A DNA stretch of 64,000 bases from Balanoglossus misakiensis (lineage: Eukaryota; Animalia; Hemichordata). The translations under genes were made by a program, and so were the position numbers. The DNA is taken from positions 9,123,200 through 9,187,199 of the forward strand of contig CM082593.2 in NCBI GenBank assembly GCA_040954595.2, in the 5' to 3' direction. Positions 35,417 through 48,700 of this stretch are shown here, piece after piece. The notes under the pieces were generated by a model. It had not been told where the DNA came from, did not search any database, and worked only from the letters and a program-made list of their open reading frames with translations. Within the stretch, counting starts at the first letter, position 1, and each line of letters opens with the position of its first letter.

Positions 35417-37410
35417 AAATGTGGTTTTGAATACTGGCCTTGATAATGCTTCATATTAACTAGGTTTGTTACTCTTTTTGGACAGGCAACTTCACCACCA
35501 AAGATGACTTCCCAGCATGTGCCAGCTGCTGCACTTAAAGCCACAGAGGGTGTCATGCAAATGGCAAATGCTAGTCAGTTCAGTAAGATGCCACAAATTG
35601 CTGCCGTGAATTCTATCAACTCACAGCCACAGCAGAGATGGCCAGGTATAGATTCAAAGCCACAACGAGGTAGGTACAGTCAAACCTGTCTACAGTGGCC
35701 AGTCAAGGGACTTTCCTAAACTGGCATTTATAGACAGGTGGCTTCTATAGATAGGTCAGTTAATGTGCAATGTACATGTACATGAAATGAAACAAAGTTG
35801 CCACTATAATAGAGGTGGCCACTAACACAGATTTGACTGTCATATATGTTATGTTGCCATGGCAGTCATTTACCATTAGTTTGAATATACTTTGCCAAAA
35901 CCTGAGGAAAAAATATTCAAGTTCCCCTTTTCGTATTCCCCTATCAATGGTATAATACAACAGTGTCATGGTAAAATTTTGTGACATTTTTGCTAACTGC
36001 TAAAGCCCAAGTAACATTGTTTTTTTCAGTATTTTTCAGCGAAGGAATTAACCCTAGTTTCTTGTTCTGCTATGGATAGCTTTATGAAATGTTCAGTCTT
36101 TAGCTTCTATACAAAACTTGTACATGAGTAATGGCCATTGTGAATATTAAATGAACTCAGACGAGAATTCATTTTTCAACAATAACAATGCTGATCAATA
36201 TATAAAACGCCTTTGTTTGAAAACCAAACTCTGAATAAATTCTTAATGTTTTACAGAGTAGAATAAAGTATTATTACATATGTACCGTTGATTACTTGCA
36301 CCGAGCGCGCGCGTAACATCGGTACTTGCACAAAGTGCAATACCAAAAACATTATGCCATACCTGTATGCAAATGAGTGGCCTGTTCACGAAACAAGCAA
36401 TATCATTCCGCGGTCTCATTTCTTTCATTTTCGGTATTTTTTTCAAAATGGGATGAACATATGTAATAAAAACAAAACCCCATGTCTCAATCGTGCCAGC
36501 ACGGCGTACCGGTAGTATTTGCACTCGTGCTGGCGGTGTATTCTTGCTGCCCCCCGCACTCGCTGTCGCTCGTGCGGAGGACGGGCGCAAGAATACACCG
36601 CCAGACACTCGATGCAAATACTACCGTTACGCCGTGCTTGCACGATCGAGCCATGGGGTTCTGTCATATTACAGCTGATATCCAAAGTTAAGGTTGAAGT
36701 TATTGACGTTTTAATACTACTGTGTTTACTTATCAGCAGGTATGCAGTCAACGATGCGAACAGGAGTGCAGTCAACACAACCGACAGTACCTAATGTGAG
36801 CGACAGCAAAAATCCACCTGTCACCACTGGCACCAATGTTGTTCCAACTCTGACACAGCCACAAGTACATGTACAAAACCAGTCATTGGTATGTTATGTT
36901 ATGAGCTGAGTTATAATACCCACCTATCCCTTTTTCCTGGCAAGTGACAGTTTATCACTTTTCAGTATTTCAATGGAACTGTATTTGGATAATTTGTTAC
37001 CTAACATGACATCAGAAGATGGCAGCTTGATGTCTTAACTGAGGACATTGGATGACCAGTAGATAAAGATTTTCTTTGATATCAATGACATCAGACGCAG
37101 TTCCGTTGGCATTCAAATTTCCAGCTGACGGGGAATTTCAGCAACGTGGTGCAAATGACGACTGTGCAGATGAATACCAAGATGCTGTTGAGGCACCATG
37201 CCTGATACATATTACCTGTCTGGTGGTTCTAAAGTATAAACACATCCGGAAAAATATATTTTACGGGATACCAATTGAGACAAATTATTCCCATCTTGTT
37301 ATAAATCTGAGCCCAGGTGTCTTTGGTGTGAGATTCCAGTAGTCAAGAGTAGGCTTATCTTGAATAATGTAATGCTTGTAAATAATTTATAATTTCTTCT
37401 TACCCTCCAG

Positions 37411-37529
37411 ATATGAATGTCACAGTGGTGGAAATGCGTGCCAACACTATTGTCAGAATACCCATGGTAGTTATCTCTGCGCTTGCAGACCAGGATACTA
37501 TCTGCTGGAGGATGGCTATGCATGTGGCG
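37411..37529 (+). pseudogene. cbEGF exon type D, 4-bp deletion
   Basis: Duplicate of 31310-31428. Confidence 0.85.
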
Positions 37530-38199
37530 GTATGTAACTGTGGATATTGATCTCTTCTGTGGCTACACTGTTTGGGGATTGTATATTGCTATGGTTACAA
37601 TCAGCTAAACACACATCCTGTCAGTCCATTGCACACATTTTAAAATTTGAAATCAACCGCACACTCGTACTGAACACATGTTTGTTGAAATTGTATCTCA
37701 GAATTTTTCCATTTATAATTATGCATAATATAAACAAATTAACAAATGTGAAATTTTATCTTTGAAAATTTGTTTGCAAGGGTGAAAAATTAATCTGTTT
37801 TTTTAAAAATCAGACAAAGTTTTGCTGACAGGGTACACGAGTTTCAGGGGATTTTGTTAAAATGAGAATGATAGAGAGTGTTAAAATTCTTAGATTCTGA
37901 GATTGCCATGGATATTGAGGACTTTGATGTAAAAACAATTAATTGATCAAGAAATATGTGGTTAAGTATATGTGTCATCAACCTCACACTATACTATAAG
38001 ACTGTCTGATATATTTATGCACAAGTACAATGTATTTTCACTACTTATATGCATAACTCAATCAAATTAACATAATTTATCGACCTATAGCTAAATAAAT
38101 TACCACAGCAAAGAATAAATATACACTTAGAAAATTCATATAGTTTTCATCTCATTTTAAAGACATTATAAATGCTTCTCCGAGGGGTACAGTAATTTT

Positions 38200-38755
38200 T
38201 AGGGTAAACCTAATTCAAGATTCACGTTTCAAGATTCACGGTTCACGTTCCACAGCCCAAGATTCATATTCTGATTCAGATTCTAGTCTTGTCTAATATG
38301 TTTATGCTGCCGTAACCAGGGGAGCGTACGATTGTTTATTGTCCTCGATCCCTGCCCAAGCAAGGTTCCCCAAATATTCTGTTCGATTATCGCGTGACGT
38401 CATTGTCGGGTATCTCTTCAAGTTCAGTTTCAACAACATTTTTCAAAGAGAGATGCACCCTATTTATTATTTTCTAACACATGAATGACCCTAGGCCTGA
38501 GATCGCACCATGGCCGGCAATCTTGGTATTCACAGATACTTTTAAGCGTAATTCTGATATAATTGATAGGTTTAGGTATATTTTACAACCAATAACTTAA
38601 GCAAAGGACTAATTCCTATATTCTGAATCAAGTGAAAGTAATGTAGATGGCGAAAGGACGTGACAAGACTCGAATCTGAATCAGAATATGAATCTTGGGC
38701 TGTGGAACGTGAAACGTGAAACTTGAAACGTGAATCTTGAATTAGGCTTACCCTA
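38200..38755. mobile_element. MITE with ~85-bp TIRs and 5-bp TSD (hAT-like); second copy 43400-43955, stub 32099-32178
   Basis: ATTTT|TAGGGTAA(A/G)CCTAATTCAAGATTCACG...CGTGAATCTTGAATTAGGCTTACCCTA|ATTTT. Confidence 0.75.
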
Positions 38756-39144
38756 ATTTTTAATGGGTATATTCTTGATAACTCATCACCATGAATGATC
38801 ATTTCAAAACTTAACAAGGCATATGGCTAAAGAGGATTCAGTGTTTGTGCACCTTCTATCTGCACTGCTGGATCTATTGACAGTTTTCAAAGGGGTTTAA
38901 AGACTCGTCTTTTTATTCAGTACTTTCTATTTCATTCCATTGCTTTTTTGGTTAATAGGGACTGTCTTTCAGAACTCTTTGGTTTGTTTCGTGTTTTTAA
39001 GTGTAATTTATTATCCTTTAAGCTTTCACTTGTTTTCTAATTTTATTATTTTCTGTAGAAAATGCACTGAGATGTATGTGTATTATGTTTGTCAGGAAAT
39101 AAATAATAATAAAATTAAAAATAATAAACTATCTTTGATTTCAG

Positions 39145-39261
39145 ATGTCAATGAATGTATGGAGAGAGCAGATCTTTGTGAAGGCCAGTGTGTGAATACA
39201 GCAGGCTCTTTTTATTGCACTTGTGTTGTGGGATATTGATTGGTCAATGGAGAGTGTACAG
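39145..39261 (+). pseudogene. cbEGF exon type A with TGA
   Basis: tttcag/gtaaga sites, 117 nt, same stop as the other A copies. Confidence 0.85.
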
Positions 39262-39771
39262 GTAAGACCAGCACAATATGTGGGCAACGAAAGGTCCTGT
39301 ATCTGTAACTTTTGAATTTTTATTCAATATTATTCTGGGTGTCACCCATCATTTCTTGTTCAGCTCGGTGAAGCTAGGTAAGCAATGTTGTTATTGTTTA
39401 AACATTGTATTCAAGCCTGGGTCTGGACGTGGATGCAATTTGTCAATAATAACAGTGATTGGTAACTGCATGTTTACATAACTGGCTAACTGTTAAAAAG
39501 ACCAGCTGTTCTATTTGGTGTGTGTACAGTACACATGCCATTGGCAGCTTATGGCTCAGTCAGTGTTTGCCTGTTGATTTCTCTATGTGTGTGTGTCTGT
39601 CTGTCTGTATATGTACTCCGGTGTAGACTTTTTTATTGTGTTGTCCCTGAATGGGACCACTGTGTCCTTAACGCGATGTTTTACACTCAGCAGCGATATT
39701 TTGTCTAACACGAGCCAAAATATCCCCAACTCGTCTGAGAAATCTTATCCCAGGTCCTAAGGTTGTGAGAC

Positions 39772-40169
39772 TAATAGAATCTCACACTCCCAAGGACTTG
39801 GGATCATATTTCTCACATGTGTTGAGGATTTTCTGTCCCAAACAAGCTGCAGGCGAATGTGGGACAAGATATCCCCGACGGGTGTGAGAAATACGATCCC
39901 AGGTCCTTGGTGTGTGAGATTAGTTTTCTCACACGGTCACAAATTAGCCAAATTCGTTAAATAAATGACTCTTGAACTGTCATCTGGTACATTGTAGATT
40001 CAGTATCGCGTCATTGGATAACATTTAGCACATGTTGTTAAAGAACTCTTTGTCATCCAATCAGCGCTCGCATCATATACAGCTCTCGATTCAGTGAGAA
40101 TGTGGGATTGATTTGTTCTCACACTCTGATCCAACACTCTCAGCATGCCAGGAGTGTGAGAATCTATTA
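39772..40169. mobile_element. MITE, TAATAGAATCTCACACTCC family
   Basis: 19-bp TIR with one mismatch: TAATAGAATCTCACACTCC / GGAGTGTGAGAATCTATTA. Confidence 0.7.
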
Positions 40170-40480
40170 CGAGTTTGAAATCTTAGGTGAAGAGTTTATC
40201 AATGTCACTGCCAACCCTGTAGGGCATTCTGGGATATGTGTTCATGCCAAAGCACAAACAGCCATGACCTGACAGCTCAGTTTGTAGATCATTTCTACAA
40301 ATCCACAAAGAGACTCAAAGTTTAGAAATGTTGAGTCGGTTAGAAATATTAGACGTATCACTGTTAATACTTTATTTCAAAGCCATGTGAATTTGTTCAC
40401 ATTAGGGAAATTTTTTAAAGGAAGGGAGGATTGGTATTGACTTGAATAATTACAATGGATGTTTTGTTCTCTATTTTCAG

Positions 40481-40603
40481 ATGTGAATAATGAGTGTTCA
40501 GATTCTGTTTGTGCTGGAGGGTGTCTGAATGCAGAGGGTGGATTCAGCTGTAGTTGTGGTGATGATGGTTTCTCTCTGAGTGCAGATCATGTCAATTGTT
40601 TAG
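40481..40603 (+). pseudogene. EGF exon type B (open, 123 nt)
   Basis: ttttcag/gtaatt sites. DVNNECSDSVCAGGCLNAEGGFSCSCGDDGFSLSADHVNCL, six Cys. Confidence 0.85.
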
Positions 40604-41030
40604 GTAATTTTTTTTTGAGTGGGGAGGGGATAGACCAACAATTGCTTTGCATTTCCTGCCTCAAAAGGGCGCTTACACAAGTTGTAAGTGGCAAAGATTA
40701 CAGCGAGTCACCATGTAAAAAAAATAATAAATAAAAGTTATCAGGCACTTTCCAAAGTTACACATTTAGAAAAAAATGAGTTTGTTGTCTCATGTGTGAT
40801 ATTTTTGGCTAACAAAACACTAGCTTCTAATGTGGTTACTACATTGTTTGTTTATCAGTATACAGTACTGGTACAGATAAACATATGATATGACCAAGTT
40901 ATATGCCAGATGATATTTATCAAGTTTCACACAATTTTGCTCTCTTGTCGTATATTTTTTTCAAAGCCAACTGTACATGTAATTCAGATGTATTCATTCA
41001 AACACAATGTATCATATTTGTGTTTTCAAG

Positions 41031-41135
41031 CTGGTTGGTCACCATGCCAACAAGCGTGTTACAACACACCAACCAGTTACCAGTGTGGTTGCAGACCAGG
41101 ATTTAAGTTGCACAGAAATCAACAAACATGTGTTG
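41031..41135 (+). pseudogene. cbEGF exon type C, 5'-deleted
   Basis: [35 protein letters not shown]. The original acceptor and DDNECD are missing compared with 45460. Confidence 0.8.
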
Positions 41136-42317
41136 GTGAGTATCTACAATTGGGAGAAAGTAAGATGTAGGTGTTTGTGCAATGTAAGTGTCCAATACAT
41201 GTACATGTATATGTGACACTGAAATTACACATTGTACACTCAATAATTGGTAAATGTCTATTATTCATGACACAAATCAACATACAGTCAAACCTCTGTG
41301 ACTGGCCACCTCTATTAAACAGCCACCTCTATATAGTGCCCACTTTATTCTAGTCCCTGTGTAATTTATATCTACATTAATTGACTTTTCTACCAGGTAT
41401 AATGGCCACCTGTCTATAAAGGCCAGTTTAGGAAAGTCCCTTTACTAGCCATAATGGACAGGTTTGACTGCACTTGTGTTGATTTCTGTCTGTAATACGT
41501 GTAACACAATCATAAAATTTTTCATAAAGAGGGCACACTTCCAAAATAAGGTGTCATCTCCAAGCAGACAATGTCAAAAAGGAGGCCAGTAGGTTACAGA
41601 GTACTGCTCGAGCTCATCTACTTTGTTGTATACATGATACAAGTTGCGTGTAAAACTGACCTTACAATAAAATGTGGCTGTTGAAAGTCTGTCCCAACTA
41701 TAGTGTTGATATACACAAGACAAAGTTTTTACTCTTTGACCAACTGGCCTCATGTTTGCGTCTTGGAAGGGCACCCTCTTTATGAAAAAGGCATATGATA
41801 TCACTACAAGGAATAAATTAACATGATAGAACATTGCTGATTAATGTCATAGATCATGATAACATGAATGCATAGCAATGTTTTGGTACAATTTGGTACA
41901 TAAAGAAATGGACTACTGTGACAGTATTGACTCTGGGCACTACGTAGATGATTCCCAGCCTCAAAATTCTGACTTGCTTCACAGTTGGAAGAAGTCAGTT
42001 TTCAGGTTAACATGTATATTTGTACAGAGTGTGGCATTAGTGAGTGGTTGCATCACATCAATGCATGACAAAAGGTCATCACTGTGTAAGACTCAGAAAT
42101 AGAATTTGAATACAAATCCTATTAAAAAAAATATTCTAAAATTTACATGTTATTTTAACACCTGTTTACTCCTATAAAAGTGAGTGCACGTGTTTTCGAG
42201 GTCTCTTCAATTCAGAAGCCACTGTGTAGGCCTTAGTTGGTGCATGCAGCTCGTAGACTTAGAAATTAAGTTTGGTTCAACTCAAACGCTTCAAGTCCAG
42301 TTGACCATCTCACACTT

Positions 42318-42390
42318 CTGGCACTGGTGGGATTCAAACCAACGCCATCGAAATGACTGCAGGTGCCTAAAACCCCTTGACTGTAGGACA
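42318..42390 (-). mobile_element. Degenerate tRNA(Leu)-like sequence, probably a SINE head; copy at ~58632-58700
   Basis: TGGCACTGGTGGGATTCAAACCAACGCCATCGAAATGACTG resembles the reverse complement of a tRNA-Leu 3' half, including the B-box. Confidence 0.45.
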
Positions 42391-42611
42391 CAAATGCCTG
42401 ACAGTGATATAACTATGTTATAATGTTACATCGACAATACATAAGTTTGGGGATATGTTGTCTCAAATGATCAAATTGAGACAAATTATCCCCATCTTGT
42501 TATAAATCTGAACCCAGGTGTCTTTGGTGTGAGATTCCAGTAGTCAAGAGTAGGCTTACCTTGAATAATGTAATGCTTGTAAATTATTTCGAATTTCTTC
42601 TTACCCTCCAG

Positions 42612-42734
42612 ATATGAATGAATGTCACGGTGGTGGAAATGCGTGTCAACACTATTGTCAGAATACCCATTGTAGTTATTGCTGCGCTTGCAGACAAGGC
42701 TTCAATGTGCTGGAGGATGGCCATGCATGTGCAG
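42612..42734 (+). pseudogene. cbEGF exon type D (open, 123 nt)
   Basis: DMNECHGGGNACQHYCQNTHCSYCCACRQGFNVLEDGHACA, canonical splice sites. Confidence 0.85.
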
Positions 42735-44344
42735 GTATGTAACTGTGGATATTGATCTCTTCTGTGGCTACACTGTTTGGGGATTGTATATTGCTATGGT
42801 TACAATAAAACATGCATCCTGTCTGTCCATTGCACACATTTTAAAATTTGAAATCAACCGCACACTCGTACTGAACACATGTTTGTTGAAATTGTATCTC
42901 AGAATTTTTCCATTTATAATTATGCATAATATAATCAAATTAACAAATGTGAAAACTTATCTTTGAAAATTTGTTTGCAAGGGTGAAAAATTAATCTGTT
43001 GTTTTAAAAATCAGACAAAGTTTTGCTGACAGGGTACACGAGTTTCAGGGGATTTTGTTAAAATGAGAATGATAGAGAGTGTTAAAATTCCTAGATTCTG
43101 AGATTGCCATGGATATTGAGGACTTTGACGTAAAAACAATTAATTGATCAAGAAATATGTGGTTAAGTATATGTGTGATCAACCTCACACTATACTATAA
43201 GACTGTCTGATATATTTATGCACAAGTACAATGTATTTTCACTACTTATATGCATAACTCAATCAAATTAACATAATTTATCGACCTATAGCTATTAAAT
43301 TACCACAGCAAGGAATAAATATTCACTTAGAAAATTCATATAGTTTTCATCTCATTTTAAAGACATTATAAATGCTTCTCCGAGGGGTACAATAATTTTT
43401 AGGGTAAGCCTAATTCAAGATTCACGTTTCAAGATTCACGTTTCATGTTCCACAGCCCAAGATTCATATTCTGATTCAGATTCCAGTCTTGTCTAATATG
43501 TTTATGCTGCCGTAACCAGGGGTGTGAACGATTGTTTATTGTCCTCGATCCCCGCCCAAGCAAGGTTCCCCAAATATTCTGTTCGATTATCGCGTGACGT
43601 CATTGTCGGGTATCTCGTCAAGTTCAGTTTCAACAACATTTTTCAAAGAGAGATGCACCCTATTTATTATTTTCTAACACATGAATGACCCTAGGCCTGA
43701 GATCGCACCATGGCCGGCAATCTTGGTATTCACAGATACTTTTAAGCGTAATTCTGATATAATTGATAGGTTTAGGTATATTTTACAACCGATAACTTAA
43801 GCAAAGGACTAATTCCTATATTCTGAATCAAGTGAAAGCAATGTAGATGGCGAAAGGATGTGACAAGACTCTAATCTGAATCAGAATATGAATCTTGGGC
43901 TGTGGAACGTGAAACGTGAAACTTGAAACATGAATCTTGAATTAGGCTTACCCTAATTTTTGATGGGTATATTCTTAATAACTCATCACCATGAATGATC
44001 ATTTCAAAACTTAACAAGGCATATGGCTAAAGAGGATTCAGTGTTTGTGCACCTTCTATCTGCTATGCTGGATCTATTGACAGTTTTCAAAGGGGTTTAA
44101 AGACTCGTCTTTTTATTCAGTACTTTCTATTTCATTCCATTGCTTTTTTGGTTAATAGGGACTGTCTTTCAGAACTCTTTGGTTTGTTTCGTGTTTTTAA
44201 GTGTAATTTATTATCCTTTAAGCTTTCACTTGTTTTCTAATTTTATTATTTTCTGTAGAAAATGCACTGAGATGTATGTGTATTATGTTTGTCAGGAAAT
44301 AAATAATAATAAAATTAAAAATAATAAACTATCTTTGATTTCAG

Positions 44345-44461
44345 ATGTCAATAAATGTATGGAGAGAGCAGATCTTTGTGAAGGCCAGTGTGTGTATACA
44401 GCAGGCTCTTTTTATTGCACTTGTGTTGTGGGATATTGATTGGTCAATGGAGAGTGTACAG
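44345..44461 (+). pseudogene. cbEGF exon type A with TGA
   Basis: DVNKCMERADLCEGQCVYTAGSFYCTCVVGY*LVNGECT. Confidence 0.85.
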
Positions 44462-45459
44462 GTAAGACCAGCACAATATGTGGGCAACGAAAGGTCCTGT
44501 ATCTGTAACTTTTGAATTTTTATTCAATATTATTCTGGGTGTCACCCATAATTTCTTGTTCAGCTCGGTGAAGCTAGGTAAGCAATGTTGTTATTGTTAA
44601 AACATTGTATTCAAGCCTGGGTCTGGACTTGGATGCAATTTGTCAATAATAACAGTGATTGGTAACTGCATGTTTACATAACTGGCTAACTGTTAAAGAG
44701 ACCAGCTGTTCTTTTTGCTGTGTGTACAGTACACATGCCATTGGCAGCTTATGGCTTAGTCAGTGTTTGACTGTTGATTTCTCTATGTGTGTGTGTCTGT
44801 CTGTCTGTATATGTACTCCGGTGTAGACTTTTTTATTGTGTTATCCCTGAATGGGACCACTGTGTCCTTAACGCGATGTTTTACACTCAGCAGCGATATT
44901 TTGTCTAACACGAGCAAAAATATCCCCAACTCGTCTGAGAAATCTTATCCCAGGTCCTAAGGTTGTGAGATTTATGGAATCTCACACTCCCAAGGACTTA
45001 GGAGTGCAGATCATGTCAATTGTTTAGGTAATTTTTTTTTATTGGGGAGGAGATAGGCCAAAATGGCTTGTCATTTCAAAAGGGCGCTTACACAAGTTGT
45101 AAGTGGCAAAGATTACAGCGAGTCACCTTGTAAAAAAAAATAATAAATAAAAGTTATCAGGCACTTTCCAAAGTTACACATTTAAAAAACTTGAGTTTGT
45201 TGTCTCATGTGTGATATTTTTGGCTTGCAGAACACTGGCTTATTAAATGTAATGTGGTTACTACATTGTTTGTTAATCAGTTTACAGTACTGGTACAGAT
45301 AAACATATGATATGACCAAGTTATATGGCAGATGATATTTATTAAGTTTCACACAAAATTGCTCTCTTGTCGTATATTTTCAAATGTGCACTCAAAGACA
45401 ACTGTAATTCAGATGTATTCATTCAAACACAATTTATCATATTTGTGTTTTCCCCACAG

Positions 45460-45585
45460 ATGACAATGAGTGCGATCAAGCTGGTTGGTCACCGTGCCAA
45501 CAAGTATGTTACAACACACCAGCCAGTTACCAGTGTGGTTGTAGACCAGGATTTAAGTTGCACAGAAATCAACATACATGTGTTG
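45460..45585 (+). pseudogene. cbEGF exon type C (open, 126 nt)
   Basis: ccccacag/gtgagt sites. [42 protein letters not shown]. Confidence 0.85.
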
Positions 45586-45785
45586 GTGAGTATCTACAAT
45601 TTGAAGAGAAAGTAAGATGTATGTGTTTGTACTATGTAAGTGTCTAATACATGTACATGTATATGTGAAACTGAAATCATACATTGTACAGTCAGTCATT
45701 GGTAAATGTCTGCTATTCATGACACAAATCAACATACAGTCAAACCTGTCTGAGTGGCCACCTCTATGAAACAGCCACATATATA

Positions 45786-48700
45786 CACTACAGACTGAAT
45801 GTCCTGTTCTACCTGGCGCGCCTGCTCCTGAACGCAGCAAGCCAGGTGGCTCGCCTGGCTCGCCAGGCCCGGTGAGCGTGTTTGCTGAGCGCGCCAGGCT
45901 TGAATCCTGAATATTCATGAGCTACCTGGCTTGCATGGCCAGCCAGGTCACAGGAAGCGCGCTTGTTTACCTGGCGCGCTAGGCTTGCTCCTTGTCTATG
46001 GGCTTCATTATGTGTAGGGAACGCGTAGACCCACGCTACCCAAACCCACAAGCTCAGTCCCAAATTCGAAACTCACCTCACTACCAAAAACACGCTCAAG
46101 GCAAGCATGCACGCAAAAAGTATTGAAATTATTTATTAAGACAAAAAACCGTCGAAAACACCTTAACTATTTAGATTTAAAAATCACCAAGCGACTAGTG
46201 GGCTAGTCTACTGGCGCACCGGTTGCTTACCAGCAAGGAAGCAGGTCGGTTTGAACCACAAACACGTTTGATTGATCCATAGGGTCTATGATATGATGGC
46301 ATTTCTGGTTTTTCTAGTCTAGTTGCGCAACCTCCAATTCAGATAAAGAATGCTAGTGGTTCAAAACACTATGTACATGCAGTCATTTATGTTCATTTGT
46401 AACCTGTGTTTTATGTTACCACAGATGCATACATGTAAAGCATACACGTACAAACTACAGATCAATTGCAGCAACTTAAAATGACGAATATTGTAGCACT
46501 TCCTGTTTCTTGCTAACAGGGAATTAGCCCTCAGAATCTGTGTGCGTCCACACACTAAACGGACATTGTTTTGAGATCAACGCCGTCTAAATGGCAATGT
46601 TTAGGAACACGGCAACTAACAAAAATTGAGGACGTCGAGGACATGTAATTGCAACATATCTCAGTTTCTATACCTGGATATGCGTTCTAGACGACGTTGT
46701 CGTCTTCTTCATGACCGTTTTGATATCGTTTAGAAGTACTGGATGTTAATCCACAAATCGAAAACGCCTCGTCTTTTCGGCGATCGAAAGAACCTAAAGT
46801 TGGTGGCAGACAGAAGTGTTGCAGACCCGGCTAACCGCGAGTGGCTAGAAAACCACTCGCGTCCAGTTAGATTGACTCAACAATGGAAACTGACCCAAGA
46901 CAATAGGTTACCTAGATAAACATAATCAAAAGTCACCACAGGGTTGTGCTTTGCGTTCTCACTGTATATTTGCTTCGGTCTGGATCTGAACCACCCGTCA
47001 TCGCTGTCGAAAATTAACACCGGCGCAGCACAGGCGAAAAGCATTCTCAAATATTTTTTCCCGTCGGAGTCGTATCTGGATCGTTGCTACACCGGTACTA
47101 CACCGTTGAAAACGTTAATCAATGTACAACTCTCCTTCTCAACATAAGTTTTATTTCAGACTAGGCATTCAGGGAGGGGCGTTCAATTCACTACGAACAA
47201 AATGTGTCCGTTGTTAGTGTTAGTTTTCTTTATTAAGCATTTAAAACACAATTACACTACATTAGTTGTACAAATGCAAGGGAACATTTCCTTTCTGAAC
47301 GAGAGAATGACAATCCGACAAACATGCTGATAAAGCCCACCCCCCCCCCCAAACAAAAAACAAAAACAAAACAAAAAACATCAACGGCGGAGAGCTTTAT
47401 CGATTGCCTTGATGCACTGTTTTGACCAGACGTCGCGCTCGGCGGATCGCGGAAAATCGTGGGATTATATTACCATGGCCTGTGCGTCGCATTTTAATTG
47501 GTCGAGATGAACGACGTCACTGACCACAAATACCCAGTAATGGTTTGTTTACATGCCCGTAAATCTGAATAGTAATATTAGCAAAGAGTTCAGTGAATAC
47601 AACATTTTGCGTAACACAAGTTCCGGGGCCCCTAGTGGGACATTTTCGTAAATTTTGACGGTTTTCTTGATTTTGTTGGTAATATAATGGAAATAACCGA
47701 CTCCGCCCTGACCATAAACGTTTGTTTATGGGCGCGGGCTCGAGGAAAGCCAAAATTCATGGGCTCGGAAGCCTCGCCCATGAATTTTTGGCTTTCCCCT
47801 CGCCCTTGCCCATAAACAAACGTTAATGGTCAGGGCGTCGTCCATTATTTCTAAAATATTTTCGGAAAGTTGCTCCTTCAACTTTCTTAAGCCTTCTGGG
47901 ACTTAACTTCAATTTCTGTTTGGTACCCCCAAACACACGCCCTGTGCAAGTACGTCCAGCGCGTTCACTCGGCGAATAAACCATAAACACAAGGTTCTTG
48001 GCAAAGTTGCCTATAGAGCAACTTACGACCTTACACCGGTCTACATATGATTCTGGTATGAGAACATCCCCGGTGATAGGAGGGAACCATAGTGGAGGCG
48101 GAGAAGTCTCAATCATCCCCGCTGTCTGCGGAGACGTGAGAATCGGCTGTACTGCCGGCTGTAGTGTAGTTTGGAACGGTGGTGTAATATCAGCGGCTGG
48201 GCGTGGTGGGAGTGGTGTTGGTGACAAGGTGGGCGCTGGTGGAATCGGCGGGGGCATGATCATAGTGCCTGATCGAATAAATTGAACGATCGTTACACAC
48301 ATTATTGTCGCGGTGAACGGACGCGCGTATACGTGTTGTCGATCACAGACAACAGTGTGGTCGATACTCTGACTGATTTGTCGTAGTTTCTCTGTTTGGG
48401 AAATGGATGAAATCACATTATTGTGCTTTGTAAGACGCAAATTACAATACTAGTATGTATCTAATATTTGAGTCATAGATTGTTCTTGTTTTCATGAGCC
48501 TGACACTCAGAACTATGACCCTAGGATCCTAGTGACCGGCGCATCAAATTGTATTTTTAAAACAAACCACAGACAAAAATGTACTGACTTCAGAAGTTTT
48601 TGTTCATTGAGTTCACACATATTTTATTGTACTGACGAACAAAAAGGTGATAACAACCTGAAGAACGTGGCTGACCGAGCATAAACATGTAACACCCGTG

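Larger units (their letters stand above)
32433..38280 (+). repeat. Recent ~6.1 kb tandem duplication, second unit (MED25 linker exons copy C at 32538-33953 and 35486-35669)
   Basis: Begins ATTGTAGCATAACAGCTGTC, as at ~26318. Confidence 0.9.

Noticed and set aside
39236-39239. Conserved TGA in EGF exon A as selenocysteine or readthrough
   Set aside because: It is at the variable GYxL position, not a Cys position. It is simply explained by CGA to TGA before duplication, and I saw no SECIS.
42318-42390. Functional tRNA-Leu gene
   Set aside because: The anticodon arm and 5' half are degenerate and no full cloverleaf can be built.
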